Source of the DNA: Histomonas meleagridis 2922-C6/04-290x
Taxonomy: Eukaryota; Protista; Parabasalia
Length of the DNA stretch: 64,000 bases
Assembly: GCA_020184695.1 (NCBI GenBank)
Contig: JAANOX010000082.1
Coordinates: 150,809 to 214,808 of the forward strand
Direction of reading: 5' to 3'
Positions 55,344 to 64,000 of this stretch are shown one piece after another (the first letter of the stretch is position 1; every line of letters begins with the position of its first letter). The notes under the pieces were generated by a model, which had not been told where the DNA came from, did no database searches, and saw only the letters and a program-made list of their open reading frames with translations. Both the position numbers and the translations under genes were made by a program.

Positions 55344-56952
55344 TATAATAATATTTCCCAGTTAAATGTATTTGTTGCCATATTATTTTAGGAAATATAC
55401 ATTCATTACGTATTTTATTAGCTATATTACCTGATAACTCATATACACCATCAAAACACCCATATTCATACATTATTTTCAACATTAAATCACTATATCT
55501 ATAGTATTTGACAACATCTATTTTATGGGGTAAATTTTTAGTTATATTTATATCTATTAAATGTTGTAATTCATTTATTCTGTATTTTATTTTTTTATCA
55601 TCATCTAATTCATAACCAAATAACTTTTTGCCGTGTTTCATTCTTTTGACGCATTTTGGTATATTCTTCTTATCAGGCACGGCTACTAGCCTGTAGCTGT
55701 TATAAGGTTTATTTACTGTTTTATAACTCCAGCATAATTTATTATAAGTATTAATATTTATAGGTTTTAATAAATTACATTGTTTTATAGTATCAATTAA
55801 ATAATATATAGATATAGTTTTATCAGCATGTTCACCCGAAGGGTTCAAGCCAATAAATTGACGTTCTATAATCTTATTTTTACTATAATTTTTAATACTA
55901 TCAATTGATATATTAACATTTTCATTTAACATATAATGATTATCTATAATGATTAATTTTATAGTTCTATCAAATTCTTTTCCATAATCTCTGTGAGTAA
56001 AACCTTTATTAGCCATATATCTAATATTAATATGAATTTTTAATAAATTAGATATATCTTTTACTTGTTCTAATGGAACTGTTCTAGTATTTATAAATAA
56101 TGATCTTAACATATTAATTTCATTATCTGTAAATAAATTACTTGCAATAAATGATTGTATCAAACAAGACTCATTGATATATTCATTGTTGACGTTGTTG
56201 AAAATACCATATTTTGTAAGATCTATATCAGTAGTATTAATATAAGGGAAGAATTCTGGATTAACTCTTCTACCGTTCTTTAAATCTCTGAATTCAGATT
56301 TCATGAATTTAATATTTTTGAAAGTGTCTAATGCCAAAGTATTACTGTCACCAATATTATCTTTTTCATTAATAATATCATATAAAAAGTTAACTGTATT
56401 CATATTTCCATGATAGTAAGATATATTATTATCATCACTAATTACAGTCATTCTAATGTCTTTATTTATCTTAGCACCAACTGCCTTAATAGCATATATT
56501 AATGCATATAATATATCTTCTTTATTACTAAGGTCTTTGTTGTAAGTAAAATCTTTTTGTAATAATAATTTCTTAATTAATTCTTTAGTAATATTATTAA
56601 TGGATTTATTCTGTTTTACAGGTTTCTCTACAGGTTCATCTTCAGATAATGCTATATTATAATAATCATTAAATGGATCACTATAATTGTATCCACTACG
56701 TTTATTGTGTTTTATTTTATATTGTAATTGATTAACTGATAAACTAACATTTTCATTACTCATTTCATCATTTACCTTATATTCAGTTTTAGTATTAATA
56801 TGTTGAAAATTGTCTGGTAGTGTATAACCATATTTATTAAACAATTCTATTACTTGTTTTGTTGTTAGCTTCTTTGGCATTATATTTATTAAAAATAAAA
56901 AAAAATAAATTTTATATAAAAAAATATATTTACAAAATAATATTTAACACAG

Positions 56953-57723
56953 ATGTTTTATATGGTTAAAATGTTTAATAAAATTATAGATTATACTATA
57001 TCATCATATGATTATGAACATTATAATAGAATTAATGTAAACCTACCTGGACCACCTACTCGAAAATCTAAAATGATAATAACATCATTAACAACTAAAT
57101 GTTCTATAGTCGTAATAGAAAAAGATGATTATATACAGATTAATGATACAAAATATACTTTTAATAAACAATATACTAATATTAATAGTGCATCATTTTT
57201 ACTATTATTAAATGAATTAATAATTGATACAGGAATTACTACAGAAATCGATGAATGTGAAATAATAATATTTTCCAGTGACAATCAATTTACTATTAAT
57301 AGTTGTAGTTATAATATATTACAATTATCAGGTTTATATGATCAAGTATTACCATTATCTGCTAGTTATAATAATGAAAATAATAAATATGAGATTTAAG
57401 CAGAATCTGTTGGAAATTATCTTTCAACACCCATATTATATATAGTAAGTAATTTAGGAAATAGTAGTTATAGAAATTGAAAAAATAATCTAAATATATC
57501 TAAAATTATATTACGACTAAATAATAGTTTTCGTGCTAATTATCCTATAATAGTTAATAATGCTGATTTTGCTGTAGAAATGAATACTAACGACTTATCA
57601 CATTTAGAGTTAACACTTGTTGACGCTAATTTGCATGAGATACACTTATTAAACCCAATGTATATAACTATAAGTGTTAGTGGTGTGTCTGATGATGATG
57701 TTATTGAAAATAATAATCAATAA
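56953..57723 (+). pseudogene. Putative minor capsid (penton-like) protein, two nonsense codons
   Basis: One frame of 257 codons: ...CSIVVIEKDDYIQIN...*AESVGNYLSTPILYIVSNLG...ELTLVDANLHEIHLLNPMYITISV. The C-terminal strand pattern is like Polinton/virophage minor capsid proteins. Confidence 0.5.
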
Positions 57724-57783
57724 TCTTGATACCCCCGAAGGCTAATACAATAAAGTTGTTTATTTTATTTTTATTTAAATATT

Positions 57784-58683
57784 ATGAGAAATTTAGATAA
57801 TAAATTTAAAGAGATAAATAATAATTTCAATAAAATAAGCAGAATGAATAAAGAAGTATTAGATAATGCTTTTATTAAACCCATACATGAAAAATATCCT
57901 TTAGCACAGAATGGAATATGTGCTTTTATAGCTCCAATGGGCAGTGGTAAGAGCTATACTTATTTAAAATTATCTGCTTATCAAAAAGTATTATTTAATG
58001 AACCTTTCTTTGAATTAATTGTTATATGTTCTACTAGTAGCAAGTTTGATGAGACAGTATATAACTTTAAAGTATTAATTTAAAAGAGTAAACTTGTTGC
58101 TATAAAAGATACTGATTTATTAGATTATCTAAATAAATATATGAGACGTGTTTTGAAATATAATTCTATTATAAAATATATCAACAGTAATTTTGAAGAA
58201 ATCAATGAAGAATTAGCAAGAATAATGAATGAACATCGACTTATTATGAATCAAGATAATAAAAAACTATTAAAATATATATCATTTGAATTATTTAAAT
58301 ATAATTGGAAAACTTATTCTCACAGAATGTTATTAATATTAGATGATTTTGCTAACCATGTATTAATAAAGAATAAAGAAACGGATTTAATGAGGTTATT
58401 AAAGTAATTAAGACATTTTAATATTAATGTTATTATATGTGTTCAAACAGTAAAATCTATACCAAAAGATTTAAAAAAAACATTAAGTGATATAGTATTG
58501 TTTCCAGGTATCTCTAGAGATGATTTTTATGAACTTATTAAAGAATCTCCTGCCAGTTGTTATGATGTAGATAAATTATGGAAAAAATATAGTAAGATCA
58601 AAGATCAACATAGTCGATTTAACATATGAATAGAAGCTAGAAGAATTACTATAACATTACCGACCTCCGAGTCTAATGAATAA
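57784..58683 (+). pseudogene. A32/FtsK-like genome-packaging ATPase, three in-frame stops
   Basis: ICAFIAPMGSGKS (Walker A), LLILDDFA (Walker B) and LRHFNINVIICVQ (RH...Q motif). Stops at 58081, 58405 and 58627. Confidence 0.88.
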
Positions 58684-58741
58684 ATTTAAAGACCATTATT
58701 TTTTTTTATATATAATTTAATTTTTTTATTTCTATAAAATA

Positions 58742-59210
58742 TATGGAAGATTTTGTATATTATTTAAAAGGTGATTATAAAAATAAATATAATATGGTTA
58801 ATTCTAAATATAATTATAATTTGTTGACAAAATTTGATAAAAAAGCATAAATAAATTATCAACAATATGTTATATTTGTTAATGTTAAATATTATGATGA
58901 AAAATTGAATATAGTTAATTCTTTTAATATAAAATTTGTTAATGATGAAATGCCCTCATGTAGTATAAAAAAATTACATAATATAAATCCAAGTAAATTA
59001 TATTATAAATTTCTTGCTGCTAAAATTGATATTATTAAAAATATCCAGGAAAAATTATTATTAAAATATAATAAAATTAATGATAAAATTAATGATTTAA
59101 ATAAATATTTAGATAAGCATAATAAAAAGATAGCAAATCATAATAATCTGGAATATAATGAGTCTATTGTTAGTGATGACGTTGTAAAACATGTAAAATT
59201 TGATATGTAA
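58742..59210 (+). pseudogene. Maverick terminal hypothetical ORF, frameshifted; stop lies inside the right TIR
   Basis: MEDFVYYLKGDYKNKY... shifts near 58845 into the track ORF 58905-59210, which ends at TAA 59208-59210. Confidence 0.4.
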
Positions 59211-59521
59211 AAGCATTATATACATAAAGTCTAAATATATATATTTTTGTAAAAGCATACTATTACAATGATTCAAGCTATTTTAATAGTATTTTTGACC
59301 TTCCCAGATCTTGCACAGATGCACAGATGAAATGGTCACTTTTGAACCAAATGGTCATTTTGAGACTTTTTTTAGATTTTATTTTTTTTAAGATATATAT
59401 ACTTATATATAATTTAAAAAGAAAGTATTTTTTTTTATAGTAAACTGGTCCTTTGGACAAACACACCGAGCGAAGCGAAGTGCACATAGAAACGAAGTGG
59501 AGATGTGCTGTGTGTGTGTGT
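59206..59521 (-). repeat. Maverick right terminal inverted repeat
   Basis: Reverse complement of 37823-38138. It ends CT(GT)6 and is followed by CCATC. Confidence 0.97.
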
Positions 59522-60374
59522 CCATCACAAGAACAGTTCCATCTGGGTGACCAAATTTTTGATCGAAAGAAGTTGACCACTGTTCCATCTACTCAAGCCC
59601 CATTCCAGAAACCTTTTTTTTCAGTACTATCTTGTTGCCATTTACTTTCTTTGTTAGTTGCGGGGTATGCCGAATAAAGTATGGGTTAATGGTTCCCGAT
59701 GCAGAGATGGCAACAACACCTGTGTCTCTTCTGTGGTTTCCTTCTGAAACAACCCCAGAATCCATTGATTCTGGGTCAACATAGGTGCGGGAAGCTACGG
59801 AACCATTCCATAGCCCAGTTTCATCCATCATGAAAATTCGTGATTCAAGAATATTATAGCTGTTAACATATCCGGTTACAGTTTCCCTGAACGTTTTCAC
59901 TTCTTTTTCTAATGTTTCTCTCACCTCTTTTTGGTTGCGTTTTTGGGTCCTCCTACTTGGCCAACCATTGTTCTTCCAGAATGTGCTTATGAATCCATTA
60001 GATGCATTTGGAACTCTTCCTTCTGTTACTTCTTTGATTGCCTGACGAGTCCACTCAATTGACACTTCTAGATGTTGATTACGTCTTTCCTTTGCTAACA
60101 TAATGAGTCTTTCTTTTTCTTCTGGAGAGATTGAACACCCTCTTCGAGGATGCACTTGTCTTTGGGATTGTGCTCGAATGGACATATCTTCATGCATCCA
60201 TCTGTACATGGTAGTTTTTGAAACGGGAGATGAAATGCCTAATTCGTCCCATGTCATTCCTTTTGAACGCGCTTCTGATATTTGGTTCTTGATTGATTCT
60301 TTCCCTTCAGACTTGATGAATGAAGCTTTGATGTGGAAATTCATTAATGAATATTGGCGCCAATGATAATTCAA
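59522..60374 (-). pseudogene. pogo-like transposase, N-terminal part (CENP-B-like HTH, first catalytic Asp), one in-frame stop
   Basis: SIEWTRQAIKEV...NASNGFISTFWKNNG, RIFMMDETGLWNG, and GLE*MEQW...GTVLVM up to the Maverick junction. Confidence 0.85.
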
Positions 60375-61221
60375 ATATTGAAATATCTTTCAAATTATTT
60401 CTTCAATATTTCAATGCTTTTTCTAAATAAACATTTGATTTTCTTCAGAAATATTCCAACCTAAAATGAAATGAACTTGAAGTTTAAGTGTAGTGAAAAA
60501 AGAGGTTTTGACAATCTAACCTATCGTGAACTATCAGTAAATATCTTTAAAAATCGATGTCATCACGTTTAAATATCATATGTGAATTAATGTGGAAATT
60601 GTTTTATTTTTTATAATTTTTCCTTAGTGGTTAATAAAATTCATTTTTTTTCTCTTATGTTTTTGTGCTAACAAGTAATGCCACTTTTTGAGCTTTGCTC
60701 AAAAAGTGTCTCCGCCATCTCACTAATATTTTTTTTTTACAAAATTATTATTGAGAAAATAAATTGATTTAATTTTAATATTAATTAATAATTTAATTCA
60801 CATGACAATTTGTATTAACTTCGAGAAAACAATAATTAAGAAAATATTATATTTAATTTAAAAAACATTAATATTTCAACTACAGATTACGACGCACAAA
60901 ATCAAAAATAATGAAAACAGAATCATAGAAATGATTGAAGTTAATATCTAAAAAATAACTTAGATCAATATCCTATAAGCAGAAAGAAAAGGTTCGAATT
61001 TATAAATAATCAATTTTACTAATTTGTTTTCTTTATTTAAATTCTGAATATAATATTTCGATATAAAATTATATAGCTATTTTCATAATATATGTATTTA
61101 TAAATTTTAAAAAATATTGTTTATTAAAGAAGATATTTTTGCTTTATTTTGAGGTTCAATCACTTTTTATATAAAACGGTTAAACCCATTTCTTATTATC
61201 TTATATTTGAATCGATCTTTT

Positions 61222-61416
61222 TAAAACAACAATCAAAGAAACAGCCTTAAAACATTATAAATACACTTTTAAATAACTCAATGAATATATGTTATAGAAC
61301 TAAATTTATGCTTTAATTTGGTGTGCGGTTCATTTATCAAAGATGTTTTCATTATCAAAAAATTAATACTTTTTTAAAACATTGGCAATTCAGCTATTTC
61401 TTGTTTGAATATTTAT
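61222..61416 (+). repeat. 195-bp direct repeat, copy 1
   Basis: Matches 63786-63980 (taaaacaacaatcaaagaaacagcc...ttgtttgaatatttat), with no difference seen by eye. Confidence 0.9.
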
Positions 61417-61808
61417 GATTTTATAGAAAATAAACAAAATATAAGGAGTTCTTTATGTACGAAATCAATTACATTGTATCTTTAATTTATAAAATAGTTT
61501 TTGATTTTGAGATTAATGAATTCAAGTAAAGTTTATCCAATTTCATTCAAAAGCTAACATTTAATGTATTTACAATCGTAATTCAAAATTATTGATCAAT
61601 GTGCAACAATATTTACCTTATTATATTTAAGTCAGTGATACAATTTAAACATCATAAAATTCAAAATTTCATATTTAAATAAACTAATTCAAAACATTTT
61701 AAAGTAAAAATGATATTATCATTAATATGATTTCATTTTATTTTATATGACAACACTTAATTTTTGTATAAGAATTAAATTTATAAATTTCATTATTACA
61801 AATTTTCT

Positions 61809-63030
61809 TCATAGCCAATTGTCTTCATCTTCTTTCACAATATCTTCAACTAAACTATTTACTTCTTCGATTTGCTTTGTACTTGATGTCGTCGTGTCAT
61901 TAAATTGTAACTTTGATTTCGATTTTTCTTTCTTATTATCACTTTTCACTAAAAATATAACAATTTCAACAATGATCAAAACAAATGCAAATTATCCCAA
62001 ATAATTCCAATCAAAGCATTCGTCGTAATTCCTTTTGGTGAATTTTCATTGGAAGTGTAAAACATTGTAAAGAAATTGGAATAATAATTATAATAAGTCG
62101 AATATATAACAATCGTATAATTGTAATAAATAAATTCTGTTTCAATATATGAAAATGTCGAATTATTTATATATAATGAAAATGTTTTCGTTTTTGTTTC
62201 ATAAATAGTTAATGAATGTGTAATTGATAATGTAATTAACAATGTATGAAAATGTTATTGATAATGAAATATCTCTTTGAAGTGATGTTGTAAATGTATT
62301 CGAATTAGAAAATGTATTCGATTGACTAAATGAATATAATGCTGAGATTGAAATTGAATCTGAATGTGCATATGAATTTGATCTTGTAAATGTATTCGAT
62401 TGACTAAATGAATGTGTTGGAATTGGATTGCAGGTTCCTTCTGCGTTTTCTTTGGCAACATCTAAATTTCCAAATTTACTTCCTTTATATGTTGGATATG
62501 TGATAACACTTGTTGTAACATTATAAAATGCATTTTCATTAATTTCTGGTTCGGTGTCTCCATAATAATAAATGCATTGAAGTTGATAACAATTACCAAA
62601 TGCTGAATCTCCAATTTCTCTGATTCCATATCCAAGTATTAATAATGTTAAATTAGAACATAATAAAATGCATAATTTCCATTTGTTGTAACTGAATTTG
62701 AAATTGTAATGTTTTTGATTGTTGAACACATTGAAAATACTCCACCACCAATTTCTGTAACATTTTCTCCAAATATAATCGTTTCTAAACTTAAGCATGA
62801 CGAAAACACATTACCTCCAATATTTGATACTGAGTTACCAAAATTAACTGAAACAACTGAATGCCATTCTGAAAATGAATTACTTGGAATTGAATAAATA
62901 TTTTCACTAATAATTATAAATTTCGTTATATTTTTATATTGCGAAATATCATTAAATTCATTTGAATTTATGATTGTAAGTGTTGAAGTATTTTCATGAA
63001 AAACATAACAAAAATTAAAATATTTTCAAT
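61809..63030 (-). pseudogene. BspA-like LRR surface protein, fragmented
   Basis: SVSNIGGNVFSSCLSLETI...GIREIGDSAFGNCYQLQCIYYYGDTEPEINENAF, a SFSQSNTFT stalk, a TM region and tail EDDNWL*. Several frameshifts. Confidence 0.8.
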
Positions 63031-63226
63031 TTTTTCTTATCTTTTACTTTCAATGTATATTTGGTCGTTAATATTTTCTGAACTGAAGTTGTTTTTCTGA
63101 TAAAATTTGATATAAATAACCGGAAATGCAATTGAAAAAATGATGGTTAAATGAGGTAAAACATTCAAAATGTTTGGTCCTTCTTTGTTGTAGTCTCGCA
63201 TCATCAAAAATGTGAAAATTCACGTT

Positions 63227-63640
63227 TTATAGGATATACATCTTCATAAGATTTGTTATGTGTTTTATCAAATATACCATTTTTGACAAATATATCAATT
63301 TCAAGTATTTTTCCAAAATGTTTGAAAAATATGCTCTTGGAATTTTTTGTTTGTTATTAAAATCCTGATGTACAACTATTGTAGATTCATTATATGGTAT
63401 CAAATTTAAAAATAATTTGTTTATCAAAACTTTATAATTATTGTTAAATCTTTTATATTTTTTGTTCATAATTTCATTAATTGATACATCCTCATCACAT
63501 TTGTAAGTCATACTTTTCTTGTTTTCGTGAATTTGTATTTTTAATTTTTCTTTTTGAATGATATAAGGTGTAATAAGCTTTGTATCGGTTATAAATCGTT
63601 TCATCATGTTGAAAATGCTGAACAAAAGAAAAATTCTCAT
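63227..63640 (-). CDS. Hypothetical protein or remnant
   Basis: 137-aa ORF in AT-rich DNA with no recognisable domain. Confidence 0.3.
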   Translation of the reverse strand: MRIFLLFSIFNMMKRFITDTKLITPYIIQKEKLKIQIHENKKSMTYKCDEDVSINEIMNKKYKRFNNNYKVLINKLFLNLIPYNESTIVVHQDFNNKQKIPRAYFSNILEKYLKLIYLSKMVYLIKHITNLMKMYIL

Positions 63641-63785
63641 TTTTCAGCTTGTAATATATGTATAGACCTTCACCAAATATACATCGGCTATCTCAAAAGT
63701 TTAAAATCTCACGGTTAAACGTTTAAAAACCTGTTGTTTTATTGTCGTTTTTCAAACCAATTTTGAAATATTTCTATCGATTTTA

Positions 63786-63980
63786 TAAAACAACAATCAA
63801 AGAAACAGCCTTAAAACATTATAAATACACTTTTAAATAACTCAATGAATATATGTTATAGAACTAAATTTATGCTTTAATTTGGTGTGCGGTTCATTTA
63901 TCAAAGATGTTTTCATTATCAAAAAATTAATACTTTTTTAAAACATTGGCAATTCAGCTATTTCTTGTTTGAATATTTAT
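63786..63980 (+). repeat. 195-bp direct repeat, copy 2
   Basis: Matches 61222-61416, 2564 bp upstream. Confidence 0.9.
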
Positions 63981-64000
63981 AATTAATAATTCTAAGTTTG

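Larger units (their letters stand above)
53399..56880 (-). pseudogene. Family-B DNA polymerase-like gene (palm motifs at C-terminus), split by the mariner insertion and a TGA
   Basis: Removing 54066-55343 plus one TA restores GKYYY|IDLNGAYMS (motif A). KLATILKFMMNTC*G (motif B) and VYYSKVDSLL (motif C variant) follow, ending at TAA 53399. Confidence 0.75.
37823..59521. mobile_element. Maverick/Polinton element (parabasalid type), full length 21,699 bp, mostly pseudogenised
   Basis: 316-bp TIRs starting (AC)6AG and CCATC target duplication (37818-22, 59522-26; a 6-bp TCCATC reading is also possible). It carries a retroviral-like integrase, A32-type ATPase, capsid-like, primase-helicase and PolB-like genes. 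Confidence 0.93.
37210..60537 (-). mobile_element. pogo-like (Tc1/mariner superfamily, DD35D) DNA transposon, interrupted by the Maverick
   Basis: Imperfect TIRs (CTGATAATTCGGTTGAGGTTGGA at 37210; reverse complement CTGATAGTTCACGATAGGTTAGA ending 60537), each flanked by TA (37208-9, 60538-9). The transposase halves rejoin as ...IFMMDETGLW...GTVLVMD|RLRSH...ASVCDNSFF. Ends are less certain than the transposase. Confidence 0.65.

Noticed and set aside
37823-59521. Stop-codon reassignment or readthrough to explain the many in-frame stops in Maverick genes (several TGA at expected Trp sites)
   Set aside because: All three stop types occur, at positions expecting different residues and alongside 1-nt frameshifts. 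Host genes and the integrase use standard stops. Ordinary decay explains it.
60540-60700. 5' continuation of the DUF3447 gene beyond the pogo right end
   Set aside because: The rejoined frame is open for only a few codons before stops and shows no clear similarity to the 32-kb paralogue.
1-64000. Prokaryotic or free-virus origin of the contig, suggested by intronless genes, AKR, integrase and tail fibre
   Set aside because: UBA1, Rab, ARF, TAF8, Derlin, Inr promoters and a TSD-bounded insertion show a eukaryotic chromosome with an integrated element. No rRNA or tRNA genes were recognised.

Overview
This is AT-rich eukaryotic DNA from a parabasalid protist (Trichomonas/Tritrichomonas/Histomonas-like). 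The evidence is intron-poor genes, TCA(C/T)T initiator motifs just upstream of ATGs, BspA-like LRR and DUF3447-ankyrin family members, and a Trichomonas-type Maverick. Positions 1-37.2 kb hold housekeeping genes (L-type lectin, UBA1, TAF8-like, Derlin, bacterial-type aldo/keto reductase, RIIa protein, uridine kinase, Rab6-like, ARF) mixed with decayed multigene-family copies. Positions 37.2-60.5 kb are a three-level nest of mobile DNA. A TA-flanked pogo-like transposon is split at its catalytic Asp codon by a complete 21.7-kb Maverick/Polinton (316-bp TIRs, 315/316 identical, CCATC TSD). The Maverick carries an intact DD34D mariner and a truncated mariner. It encodes capsid-like, packaging ATPase, integrase, AEP+D5 primase-helicase, minimal PolB-like, phage-tail-fibre-like and protein-VI-like genes; nearly all are broken except the integrase. 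The most unusual signal is in the ankyrin genes. Every ankyrin repeat, in several paralogues, is interrupted at the same codon by an AT-rich, non-GT-AG insert built from ~20-nt units, while the 90-93-nt coding blocks between inserts stay open and conserved. These may be an unrecognised intron class. No rRNA, tRNA or CRISPR array was found. Similarities to T. vaginalis Maverick proteins are from memory, not from a search.
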